Shown here in pieces: positions 1 to 11,478 of a DNA stretch of 64,000 nt. The notes under the pieces are model-generated. The model ran no database searches. It was not told where the DNA came from and saw only the letters and a program-made list of their open reading frames with translations. A program made the translations under genes and the position numbers. The stretch comes from Chiloscyllium plagiosum. Lineage: Eukaryota. The stretch covers positions 16,496,524-16,560,523 of the forward strand of contig NC_057749.1 of assembly GCF_004010195.1 (NCBI RefSeq). The letters run 5' to 3'. Positions within the stretch are counted from its first letter, which is position 1. Each line of letters starts with the position of its first letter.

Positions 1-489
1 GGAATGGTGCATTGTAAAGGCATTTCTTCAACAGACGATCAAGATATAGATACCATGGAGCTTAGAATCAGTAAATGGAAGCAAACATTGGCAAGGTATT
101 TTTAAAATTAATTCATGAAATATGGGGGTCACATGACATTTGTCCTTTCCAAATTGCCCAGATGCTGTTAAGAGTCAACCACATTGCTGTGGATCTCGAG
201 TTATATATAGGCCAAACTGGATGGAAGATTTCCTTCACTAAAGGGCATGATTGAACCAAATGGGTTTTTAATAACAATTAATAGTGGTCACATGATTACC
301 ACTAGACTTGCTTTTTATTCCAGATTTTTCCTGAAGTCAAATTTCACCAGTTGCTATGGTGAGATTTGAACCTCTGTCCAGGTCATTTGCCTAGGGTGCT
401 GGGTCACCTAGTCTCTTCATATTACCACTACACCACCCCTCTCCCTTCTTCACAGAACATCAAACTGTTGAGTTCTCACTGGGCATGCT

Positions 490-1340
490 ATAAATCAGGG
501 GATTGGCGATGCTGGTCACATGGTTATACAATAATAATGGACAACTTCAAATTGCATATAGTCTGGTTTCACCAAGTCAGTGCTAATGCTTTGGGAAGTG
601 AATTCCTGGAGCATGTATGAGATGGGTTCCTGGAACAGTATGTTGAGAAGCCAATTAAAGATCAAGTTGAATTTGGTGTTTTGTAATGAGAAAGGGCTTA
701 TTAAAAACTTTGCAGGAAGGTAGTCTATCGTCATTAGTGACAATAATGTGACAGGATTTTACGTGAAGTTTGAATGTGACATAGTTCAGTCTGAAACTAA
801 GATCTTAATTCTGAGCAAAGAAAACTATGAGGGTCTGAGAGGCAAAGTGGCTAGGTTGAATTGGGAAAATCTTTGAATAATTTTGATGGCAGCCAAACAA
901 TGGCTAGTATTTAAAGAAACACCAAATGGTCTGTAACAGATATGCACTCCTCTAAGTCACATACACCCAAAGGGAAATTAACTCAACTATGGTTAACAAA
1001 ACACATCAAGATGCACTGGACCAAAGGAAGTGGCTTACAGGAATGTCAAAATAGGGTAAACCAAAGGATCAGGAACAATTCATGACTGAGCAAAGGATGA
1101 CCAAGAAACTGATAAGGAGAATATGAATATATGCTAGTGAGAAACACAAAGGCAAACTGTAAAAGCTTCTATCAATATATTAATGGGAAAACATTAGCAA
1201 GGATAAAGTATGGGCTAATTGCAGGCGGGGACTGGAGAATTTATAATGGAGAACAAACAATTACTTTGTGTTTGTCTGCTCAGAAGAAGATGCAGAAAAT
1301 GTCCCAGAAATTCTATGCGACCAAGGAATCTGTGTGACTG
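490..1340 (+). mobile_element. Degenerate CR1-clade LINE ORF2 fragment
   Basis: EFLEHV*DGFLEQYVEKP...LVFCNEKGLI...NTKANCKSFYQYINGK. Confidence 0.7.
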
Positions 1341-1366
1341 AAAACTTTTTTTAAAAATTAGGTGAA

Positions 1367-1530
1367 GTGAGGGCTGCAGATGCTGGAGCTTCGAATCAAG
1401 AGTGCGGTGCTGGAAAAGCACAGCAGGTCAGGCAGCATCCAAGGAGCAGGAGAATCGACATTTCTGGCTTAAGCCCTTCATTCCTGATGAGGGACTTATG
1501 CCCAAAACATCGATACCTGTTCCTTGGACA
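1367..1530. mobile_element. Penelope-like pLTR repeat (family A), inverted pair, degenerate hammerhead
   Basis: gctggaaaagcacagcaggtcaggcagcatcc..., followed by its reverse complement; CTGATGA at 1484. Confidence 0.7.
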
Positions 1531-1669
1531 CTTTTTGACTGTAAAAATCCAGGAGCTAATTAGCAGTAATTAATTGCACATGGGGTAAGTGTTCAAAGGG
1601 ACCATTTTCATGGCTGCAGTGGAATATTGGCTTTTATATAACACAGCACTGACCCAGGTGCTGCGTGGT

Positions 1670-1720
1670 GCTGGGTAACACTGTGGTTAGCACTGCTGCC
1701 TCACAGCACCAGGGACCCAG
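1670..1720 (+). mobile_element. tRNA-derived SINE (HE1-like), 5' part, split by the LTR element
   Basis: gtggttagcactgctgcctcacagcaccagggacccag joins gttcaattcc (B box) at 8575. Confidence 0.8.
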
Positions 1721-2648
1721 TGTCACAAAGCCAGTTCCTTTTTTCTAAAAGCTGTCCCTTTTCTCAGGGATACTATGCCCTTGGTTTTTTTCAGAGGGGT
1801 TGTAAATCACTCCCGGTGCTGATTAGACTGGTTTGGTACAGAGATTAAAGGGTATTGAGAGGCCTGTTTGTTTATATATTTGGGGTGGCATGGTGATTCA
1901 GTGGTTAACACTGCTGCCTTACAATGCCAGACACCTGAGTTCGATTCCAGCCTCGGATGACAGTGTGAAGTTTGCATATTCTTCCCGTGTCTGCGTGGGT
2001 TACTTCCCACAGTGACAAAGATGTGCAGGTCAGGTGGATTGGCTATGCTAAATTGCCCATAGTGTTAGGTGCATTAGTCAGAAGGAAATGGGTCTGGGTA
2101 GGTTACTCTTCAGAGGGATTGGTGTGGACCTGTTGGGCTGAAGGGCCTGTTTCCACACTGTAGGGAATCTAAAAAGATGAGCCTTCAGGCCAAAGTGGTC
2201 ACATTTTAGAAGAGACCTGTATAATGAAAGGGGTGCGGTCAGCTCTCTAGCTGAGCAGTTCAGTCCAGAACTAGTTGCAAGTTCAACAGTGAGCTGTGTA
2301 GAAATTCTCTCTCTCTTTCTGCTCTCCTAACTTCAACCTGTAAGCATCTGTTCCATTTTTAACTGTGTTTTAAGGGGGGTTTGTTTATTGGGACTGTTGT
2401 GTATATTTGGAACAGCATAATTAAGTCTAGTTTGGATAGATAGAACTCTGTAGGGGTTCTTTATCCTGGTCTTTGTTTTCATTGTGAAATTTTGTGAATA
2501 CATTTCTGTCTGTTTTAAAACCTAGTAGTCAACCTAGCTAGCTTTCTCCAGGTAATTTTCACTGTACACTTACCAAAACAAATTGCAAAGTTATGGTTTG
2601 GGTTGCCTGCTCAAGAATGTTTTGAGTGGTCTGGCCTGGTCCATAACA
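1721..2648 (+). repeat. 5' LTR (~638 bp plus a ~290 bp SINE insertion)
   Basis: Colinear with 7936-8570 except for 1881-2170. Confidence 0.92.
1881..2170 (+). mobile_element. tRNA-derived SINE (HE1-like) inserted in the 5' LTR
   Basis: A/B boxes (tggtgattcagtgg, gagttcgattcc), CR1-like tail; absent from the 3' LTR. Confidence 0.85.
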
Positions 2649-2651
2649 GAT

Positions 2652-2673
2652 TCGGGGCTATTTGCGGGATTTT
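2652..2673 (+). promoter_or_regulatory. Degenerate primer-binding site, probably tRNA-Pro
   Basis: tcggggctatttgcgggattt just after the 5' LTR resembles TGGGGGCTCGTCCGGGATTT, the complement of the tRNA-Pro 3' end. Confidence 0.6.
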
Positions 2674-2748
2674 AAACAGCGAGTGGTTGGTGCTAGTGTC
2701 TTTATTTTGGGTGTAGGTTTCGTTGGGTAGACAAAGCTTGGGATAGGA

Positions 2749-5700
2749 ATGGCTCTTTCAGTCGCCAAACGTTGAATGTTGATGTGTTGACTTTGGAAGT
2801 TTTGCAAAGGGTGAATAAGACCAAGCTGCAGGAATTAGCATACGAGCTGGAATTGGAACTGCCTGCTTCTGTGAGGAAAGAAGAGATAATTACAGCAGTA
2901 GCTCAGCATTTAAACTTGCTGAAGAAACGAATAAAATCTATGGAGGTGGTAAGAATTCGATTGCAAATGAAGCAGCTCGAGTTAAAGGCGAGAGATAAGG
3001 AAAGAGCAGCAGAAATGAAATAGTTTGAGTTACAATTAAAAGCAGAAGAGAGGGAACAAGAGAGAAGAGCAGAAGAGAAAGAGAGGGCTTTTGAACTTCA
3101 AAAACTGACACTTAAAAAGGAAAGTCAGTTTAAAAGGCTGGAGATAAAGGCTGAGGGGATGCTTAGTGAGAAAGACTGTGAGGAGGAGCAAGCCCCTGGT
3201 AGTCAGAAGCCGAGTGAGAAACTGTTTAAGTATGTTCAAGCATTGCTTAAATTTGATGAGTTGGATATGAAAGCCTTTATCATCTCATTTGAAAAGGTGG
3301 CTAAACAAATGCAGTGGCCAGTGGCAATGTGGTTTTTGTTGATCCAAACAAAACTTGTAGGTAGGACTAGTGAGGTATTCACATCACTATCAGAGGAGGT
3401 ATCTGGGGAATATGAGGAGTGAAAAAAGCCATTTTAAGAGCTTGTACCAGAAGCCTATGGACAATGTTTCAGGAATCTAAGGAGGGACCCTGGTTAAACC
3501 TATTTGAGTTTGAAAGGATCAAAACAGTAATTTTGATAGATGGATAAGAGCTTTAAAAGTCAAGCAAACCTATGATGTCCTTAGAGAGGTAATTTGTTTG
3601 GAGGAATTCAAAAATTCACTGCCTGAAATAGTGCAAACTCATATGGAAGAGCAGAGAGTTAAAACAGCAAGGTTAGCAGCTGAAGGGGCTGACGATTATG
3701 AGCTGGTCCATATAACACGGTTTGGCTTCCAGAATCAATTTTAGTCCATGAGGGATAGAAACTGGGTCAAAGAGAGATCCTCACCTGGAAAGGTGGATGT
3801 CCTCACGTTCTCCTGGATCATAAGGAGAACTTACCACAGGGTAAAAAAAGAAACCCTTGAGGGGGACAAAGAAGTTAAAAAGCTCTGGTGTTTTAATTGT
3901 AATAAAGTGGGTCACACGAAACCAGTGTTGGTGGGCTAAGAGAAAACCAGAAGTAGGAAAACTGGACAAACCTGGGAGTTTTGTTAGACTAGTAACAAAA
4001 AGCACAAGTGAAGTTAGACAACTGCCTCGGAATGTATAAGAGGATTAGAGGTTGGTTAAGGAGAAAGTGCCAGATCTGCTTAAAAATATATATATGCAAG
4101 AGTAAAGTTTATTCACATAGGTCAGGAGTAGCAGGTAAAGAGCTTATAATATTGAGGGACACAGGATCCTCTCAGTTTGTAATGCTGAAGGATGAGGAGA
4201 TATGTACTCCTGAGGGACTATTGCCAGAAAAGGTATTCGTAACAGAAATTCATGGTGAGACAAAAAACACTCAATTATGTAAAGTGAGGCTAGAGGAGAG
4301 TCCAGAGAAGAGTGGAGAATTTGTGGTAGGAGTATTTTGGACAAACTCTCAGCCCCAGGAATACAATTTGTTCTTGCAAATGATATCGCTGATTCACTGG
4401 TAGACGTGCTGCTTACTTTAGTTGAAAAGCCGGTGGAGACACAAGCCACTGAAGACATGAAGGATGTTTATCCAGGAATTTTTACTGATTATGTGATCAC
4501 AAGATCACAGAGGCACAAGTTGAAGAAGGAGAGATCAAAAGGCACAGAAAAGGAAGCCAACATAGCATTATCGGAGACTTTTTTTGATCAGATAAGTGAC
4601 ACAGAGCAGGAGTAAATAGGTAAACACGCCAATATCTTTAGCCCTATTAAGCTGATTGAATTACAGCAGAAAGATGAGAATTTAAAACAGTTATATCAAA
4701 ACACATTTACAGAGAAGGAGAATGAATGCATCCCTGTGTGTTATTACTTAACAAATGATGTCTTAATGGAGAAACGGAGACCATCACACATTCAAACAGA
4801 TGCGAAATAGGCAGAGATTCATCAAATTGTTTTGTCATTAGGGTATAGAAAGGAGGTGCTGCAAGTTGCGCATGAGCTACCACTTGGAGGTCTTTTAGGG
4901 AAGAGGAAAACACAGGCTAAAATACAAAGATGTTTTTACTGGCCTGGACTACATAAGGATGGAGTTGAATTTTGCCAGATGTATCATACGTGTCAGCTAA
5001 TTGGAAAACCACAGGCAGTAATAAACTTGCACCTTTAATACCTATTTCAGCATTTGAGGAACCTTTCACAAGAGTCTTGATTGATTGCATAGGTCCCCTA
5101 CCTCAAACAAAAAGTGGCAATAAGTATTTATTAACAATGTGTAGACTAGATTTCCAGAGGCAATTCCATGATGCAACATCACAGCTAAAAGGGTTGTAGA
5201 AGAATTACTTAATTTTTTTTACTAGATACGGACTATCGATAGAGATCCAGTCAGATCAAGGATCAAACTTCACACCCAAATTATTCAAGAAGATTATGGA
5301 TAACTTGAGAATAATACAATTCAAATCTACTGTATACCATCCAGATTTGCAGGGAGCGCTAAAGAGATGGCATCAAACACTAAAGACCATGTGAAGGGCT
5401 TATGGTCAGGACTATCTGGATGACTGGGATAAGGGAGTTCCATTCGTACTTTGTGCGATCAGAGATGCACCAAATGAATTGATCAAATTCAGTCTATTTG
5501 AATTATTTTTTGGCATGAAGTAAGAGGACCGTTAAAATTGATGAAGGAGAAGTTAATAAGTCAGAATTCAGAGACCACCCATTTGGACTATGTGTCAAAT
5601 TTTAGAGAATGATTAAATAGAGCTGGAGAGTAGGCTAGACAGCATTTAAAAATATCACAGCATACAATGAAACAGGAAGCAGATAAGAAATCACAAATTC

Positions 5701-7761
5701 GTAATTTTGCAATTGGGGATAAGGTAACAGTAACAGGTAAACCTTTAAAAGCAAGGTTTAATTGACCTTATCAAATCGAAAGGAAATTGAGTGAGGTGGA
5801 CTACTTGGTAAGGACTCCAGACAAGAAGAAATCTCACAGAGTGTGTCATGTGAATATGCTCAAAAGGTATTTTGATTGGGAAGGAAAGCAAGAGGAGAAG
5901 GTGTTAATGATTACAGCACAGAAGGAAGAACCAAGCTCAGAGGATTCTGAATTGGACATTCCTCAAATCAAATTGGACAATGTGGAAGTTGTCAAAAATT
6001 GGGATAACTTATTGAGTTACCTTCCACAAGAAAATCAAAATGACATGAAAGAATTATTACTATCACATGGGGAGATATGCGGAAATAAACTGGGAAGTAT
6101 GAACCTAATTGTGCATGACGTAGGTATAGGAGATGCTGTTCCAATTAAACAACCTCCTTATAGGCATAACCCTGTAAAGTTGGCACAGGTTCAGAAGGAG
6201 ATAGAGTGCATGCTCCAAGATGGCATAATTGAAGTGAGTTAAAGTGACAGGAGCTCACCTATAGACATAGTGCCAAAGCCAGATGGTACCCAACAGTTAT
6301 ATGTGGACTATCGCAAAGTCAACGCTGTTACAAAGATTTAAGCATATCCAATTCCATGGTTGGAGGACTGTGTTGAAAAAGTGGAATAAGCAACTTACAT
6401 TTCTAAGTTGGACTTGTGCAGAGGCTACTGGCAAGTATCTCTGTCAGAGAGCAAAGGCAATTTCAGCTTTCGTAAAGCCAAATGGACTATGTCAGTTCAA
6501 AGTCATGCCATTTGGTATGAAAAACATTCCAGCCACATTTCAGAGACTGACTAATAAGGTCATTTCTGGATTACCCAACTGTGAGGTACATATTGATGAC
6601 CTGGTGATTTTTAGTCACACATGGAAGGAACATTTACAGCATTTATCGGACTCTTCGATCAACTTCGGAAGGCAGGCTTGGTGATAAACCTAGCTACAAA
6701 TGAATTTGCCAAAGCCCAAGTCACCTTCCTGGGCCATGTTATTGGACACGGAAGAATGCCCTCATGGGATGCAAAAATGAAAGTAATTGGGGAATTCCCC
6801 GCACCGTCTACAAAAAAAAGCAGTATTACGGTTCCTGGGGTTGAGTGGATTTTACTGAAAGTTTGACTTTAGCAGTGTGGCTGCTCCACTCACCGAATTG
6901 TTAAAAAAGGGCAAAAAATTTCAGTGGACAGTGGACTGTCAAAAGACAGTCTAAAAACTATGTTAACCACTTCCCCAGTATTAACCACACCAGATTACAC
7001 AAAGCCTTTCAAAGTGGCTATCGATATGGGTGTCAGTGCTGTGCTCCTGCAGGAGGATGATGAGAGAATAGGAAGACACCTCAGGCATTTTTCCAGGAAG
7101 TTGACATTCATCAACAGAAATATTCAATGGTGGGGAAAGAGACTTTAAGCTTGGTGTTGGCATTACAGCATTTCAGTGTTTATATAATCAGCAATGCATC
7201 TGAAAAAATGAGGAAACTAGTTCGAGGGTTGGGACTGAGACAGGGTGGGGGGAGGGGAAATGAGGAAACTCCCCCCACCCTGTCTCAGTCCCAACCCTCG
7301 AACTCAGCACCACCTTCCTAACCTGCAATCTTCTTCCTGACCTCTCCGCCCCCACCCCCACTCCGACCTATCACCCTCACCTTATCACCCTCACCTTAAC
7401 CTCCTTCCAACAGTCGCATTTCCAACGCCCCACCCCCAAGTCCCTCCTCCCTACCTTTTATCTTAGCCTGCTTGGCACACCCTCCTCATTCCTGAAGAAG
7501 GGCTCATGCCCGAAACATCGATTCTCCTGTTCCTTGGATGCTGCCTGACTTGCTGCGCTTTTCCAGCAACACATTTTCAGCAATGCATCTGAGACAATCG
7601 TAAACACTGATCATAACCCATTGACATTTGTGGAAGAATTTAAGGATGAAAATGCCAGACTGTTTAGATGGAGCTTGTTGTTGCAGCCGTTCACTTTGAT
7701 AATTGTGCAGGTGACAGGTCGCGGAAACGTGATTGCTGATGCGTTATCGAGACTTGAATGA
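2749..7761 (+). pseudogene. Decayed gag-pol: SCAN-like capsid (~3230-3710), Zn knuckle (~3890), protease (~4155), integrase (~4850-5500), RT (~6140-6850), RNase H (~7000-7761)
   Basis: CFNCNKVGH; LRDTGSSQ; HELPLGG..FYWPGL..C..CQ; IDCIGPLP; SDQGSNF; VDYRKVN; KLDLCRGYWQ; MPFGMKN; HIDDLVIFS; TDHNPL; NVIADALSR. Confidence 0.9.
7204..7580 (+). mobile_element. Penelope-like pLTR fragment with 5' inversion, inserted in RNase H
   Basis: 16-bp TSD tcagcaatgcatctga (7188-7203 / 7577-7592); hairpin at ~7219-7305; hammerhead core at 7488-7524. Confidence 0.8.
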
Positions 7762-7935
7762 GGCATTTGGTGGTGGGTGTGGTGCAGTCTGAATTTGCAT
7801 GTAGCTGTGCATGTTTGCATGTTTATAGTTAGTGTAGTGTATATGTGTGTATAGACTACTAACTGGGTTTTTGAAAGGCTTTAAAAATGAAGCCCTCTTT
7901 TGCTATTGATGGTTAATTTTTTTTATGGTGGGAGC

Positions 7936-8570
7936 TGTCACAAAACTGGGTTTCCTTTTTCTAAAAGCTGTTCCTTTTCTCAAGGATACGATGTCCTTGT
8001 TTGTTTGTCAAAGGGGTTATAAACCATTCCTGGTGCTGATTAGACTGGTTTGGTACAGAGATTAAAAGGTATTGAGAAGATTTTTTGTTTATATGTAAAC
8101 AGATGAGACTTCAGGCCAAAGTGGTCATGTTTTAGAAAAGACCTGTATAATGAAAGGGGAGTGGTCAGCTCTCTAGCTGAGCAGTTCAGTTCAGAACTAG
8201 TTGAGAGTTCAACAGTGAGCTGTGAGGAAACTCTCTCGTTCTGTGCTTCTAACTTCAACCTGTAAGCTTGTGTTCCATTTTTAAACTGTGTTTTAAGGGG
8301 GGTTAGCTTATTGGGACTGTTGTGTATATTTGGAACAGCATAATTAAGTCTAGTTTGGATAGACTGAGTTCTGTAGGTATTCTTTATTCTGGTATTTGTG
8401 TTTCATTGTATAATTTTGTGAATAAATTTATCTGTTTTAAAACCTAGTTGTCAACCTAGCTAGCTTTCTCTGAGTAATTTTCACTGTATACTTACTGAAA
8501 CAAATTGCAAAGTTATAGTCTGGGTTGCCTGTTTAATAATGTTTTGAGTGGTCTGGCCTAGTCCATAACA
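7936..8570 (+). repeat. 3' LTR (635 bp), preceded by a degenerate PPT (atggtgggagc)
   Basis: Direct repeat of the 5' LTR; TG...CA ends; contains AATAAA. Confidence 0.92.
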
Positions 8571-8574
8571 CCAC

Positions 8575-8862
8575 GTTCAATTCCAATGTGTGGAGTTTGC
8601 ACATTCTCCCTGTGTGTGTGTGTGAGTTTCCTCCAGGCCCTCTGGTTTCTCCAACAGTCCATGAGGAGCAGGTTAGGGTGGATTGGCCATGCTAAATTAT
8701 CTATAGTGTGCAAGGATGTGCAGGCTAGGTGGGTTAGTCATGGGAAATGCAGGATCACAGGGATAGGGTATGGGGCTGCGACTAGATGGGATGCTCTTCA
8801 AAGGGTTGGTGTGGAATCAATGGGCAAAATGGCTTGTTTCCATACTGCAGGATTTCTATGAA
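8575..8862 (+). mobile_element. tRNA-derived SINE (HE1-like), 3' part
   Basis: B box, then tgtggagtttgcacattctcc...ggattggccatgctaaatt...; homologous to 1881-2170. Confidence 0.8.
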
Positions 8863-9789
8863 GTGGTCTTCTACATTAAAGCATTACAGATTAGAATGAA
8901 GCAAAAAGCTCCTATCTTTCTAAGCCTAATGTATCATTATTTCAACCATCTAGGAACTGAAAGACAGCAACTCATTTTATTTTCCTTTCTGCCTTGTGGC
9001 CTTACACAGCTTCCCCTTTATCGATGGAATAATCATCATGGCTTATCTCTGTCAATATTTAAAGTGACTGATAACAGGGATGCACTATCTCCAGAATAAG
9101 ATAAATTAATAAATAAATGTTGCTGTAGTTACATACTGGTTGCACAGAATCTGAAGTGACACAAAGTGTGTGAAAAATCATTTTTCATTCTTTCATCTGT
9201 AGTAATTTGTACAATATCATCTTGAAATTCTACCATCATAATCACCAAATTTACAGAATGTATATTGAAAGAGTTGATGTTTGTTTGGCTCAGTTTGTGA
9301 CACTCTTACCCCTTTGGTTGATGAAACAGAGTTTGAGCCCCACTTCCCAAACACAATAAGATGCAACACTGAGGGAGGATTGCTCTGTCAGAGGTGTCAT
9401 GCTTCAGTTGTGCTGATGAGCTTGGGGCACCAATTGCTTGGTTCTGGGTTTGACTAGAGCTTAAAGGACATCAAAAACAACTCAACAGGGCTCTTCAGAT
9501 AGCATTGTCCAAACTTGTAACAATTTCCATCTGGAAGGACAAGGGGAGCAGATACAGGGGAACACCACCCCCTACAAGTACCCCTCCGAGCCACTCACTG
9601 ACTTAGAAATATATCACTGTTCCTTCAGTGTGGCTGGCTTCAAATCCTGGAATTCCCTTCCTAAGGGCATTGTGGGTCAATGCTCAGCAGTTCAAGAGGG
9701 CACCTCATCCCCATCTTCTCAAGGGGCAACTAGGAACAGACAATAAATGCTGGCCAGCCAGTGACACCCACAGCTTCTGACTGACTTTT

Positions 9790-10080
9790 CAACTTCATTG
9801 CTCAGACCTTTGAGTACAGGAGTTGGGACGTCATGTTGAGGTTTTACAGGACGTTGGTGAGGCCTCTTCTGGAATACTGTATCCAGTTCTGGTCGCCCTG
9901 TTACAGGACGGATGTTATTAAGCTGGAGAAGGTTCAGAAAATATTTACCAGGATGTTGCCAGGGATGAAAAGTTTGAGTTGTAAGGAGAGGCTGAATAGA
10001 CTGGGACTTTTTTCACTGGAGCATAGGAGGTTGAGGGTGACCTTATATAAAATCATGAGGGGCATAGTTTAGGTGAACTT
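9790..10080 (+). mobile_element. CR1-clade LINE fragment
   Basis: YRTLVRPLLEYCIQFWSP...LEKVQKIFTRMLPG...LGLFSLEHRRLR. Confidence 0.85.
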
Positions 10081-10744
10081 CCAAGCCAGAGGGAGTAAAT
10101 TAGGGAATGTGCACAATTAGTTGGTTTAATCAGCAAGCATAAAAAGCCATTCATTGCAGGTCTCTGCTTCCTCAGTGTCCTGCAAGTGGCTTGCGGAGGT
10201 GCCATGATGGTTGTGAAGACAGATATTGGATGCCAATGCACCATGGACAAGGGGCACATACGTCTAATGCCTGTGGATCATGTCCTGAGATGCTGCTTGC
10301 TGCTGAGCAGCATGGAGGCTGGTCACAGCCAATGGTGACCTGAACACGCTAGGCGCTCACTCTGACTTCCATGTTGAGATTTCTCAATACCTAGCCTGTT
10401 TGATAAAATAGAAAGCTGAATATAAATGAGATGAGTTGTGGCATTAATAAAGTTTTTAACAAGCAGTAATCCCCCTTAATTGATAACTCTACTCTGCCTT
10501 GTGAGAAACTCCCCAAGCCACTCATCAGAAACATGAATTACATGGAATGAGATGTTCATGGTATAGGGAGAGACCTCGCTGGACTTCTCATCCAGTTTTA
10601 TCACAAATCCTCCATCATCCACATCGCTTAGATCCCTATAAGATTGGTCCCTTATACCTGTCTTATGTATAAGCCATTGGCTAGTGTATGTTGCATGGTC
10701 TGATTCATTCTTTGCTCTTCTGATCCAGCACTGAAAACTTTGGT

Positions 10745-10995
10745 CAAAAGAAGGGACTAACGGGCAACATTTTCACACAAAGGGTGGTGTGATTATGGAA
10801 TGAGCTGCCAAAGGAAGTGGTGGACACTGGTATAAATACAACATTCAAAAGGCAGCTGAATGAGTGTATGAATAGGAAGGGTTTAGACAGATATGGGCCA
10901 AGTGCTACTAAATGGGAATAGATTAATTTAGGATATCTGGTCAGCATGGATGAGTTGGACTGAAGGGTTTGTTTCCATGCTGTACAGGTCTATGT
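10745..10995 (+). mobile_element. CR1-clade LINE 3' end
   Basis: GNIFTQRVV..WNELP...TFKRQL motif plus family 3' tail. Confidence 0.75.
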
Positions 10996-11098
10996 CAAAA
11001 GGGGTAATTTTCTGGTCAGCATCACCAGGGGGATTACTCCAGCATCTAGTGTTTCTGCCCAGTCACAATCTATAGCCAACAGCCACTTCTCTGCATGT

Positions 11099-11478
11099 AA
11101 CCATTGTCCCAGCAATCACCATTGATTCAGTGATGACCATTGACTCAGTAATTATTGACTCAGTGATGACCATTATCCCATGATGACCATTGACTCAGTG
11201 ATGACCATTGTCCCAACGATGACCATTGACTCAGCGATGATCATTGTTCCAGTGATGATCATTGACTCAGTGATGACCATTGTCCCAGCGATGACCATTG
11301 TCCCAGTGATGACCATTGATTTAGTGATGATGATGATCCCATGATGACCATTGACTCAGTGATGACCATTGTCCCAGCGATGACCATTGTCCCAGCGATG
11401 ACCATTGATTTAGTGATGATGATGATCCCGTGATGACCATTGACTCAGTGATGACCATTGCGCCGGTGATGACCAGTT
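11099..11478. repeat. 18-bp minisatellite with an 89-bp higher-order repeat
   Basis: Units cagtgatgaccattgact / cagcgatgaccattgtcc; 11253-11341 is repeated at 11342-11430. Confidence 0.9.

Larger units (their letters stand above)
1721..8570 (+). mobile_element. Full-length degenerate Ty3/Gypsy LTR retrotransposon, Gmr1-like (gag-PR-IN-RT-RH)
   Basis: Two TGTCA...TAACA LTRs; 4-bp TSD CCAG (1717-1720) / CCAC (8571-8574); recognisable gag, PR, IN, RT and RNaseH motifs broken by stops and frameshifts. Confidence 0.93.

Noticed and set aside
1670..1960. tRNA genes
   Set aside because: The A/B boxes belong to SINE heads followed by SINE body; no full cloverleaf.
2749..7761. Active or domesticated gag-pol, or a Copia element
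   Set aside because: Many stops and frameshifts in every domain; RT motifs (DYRKVN, MPFG, IDD) are Gypsy-type despite the Copia-like order.
11099..11478. CRISPR-like array or coding repeat
   Set aside because: No unique spacers, eukaryotic context, and 17-nt units break any reading frame.
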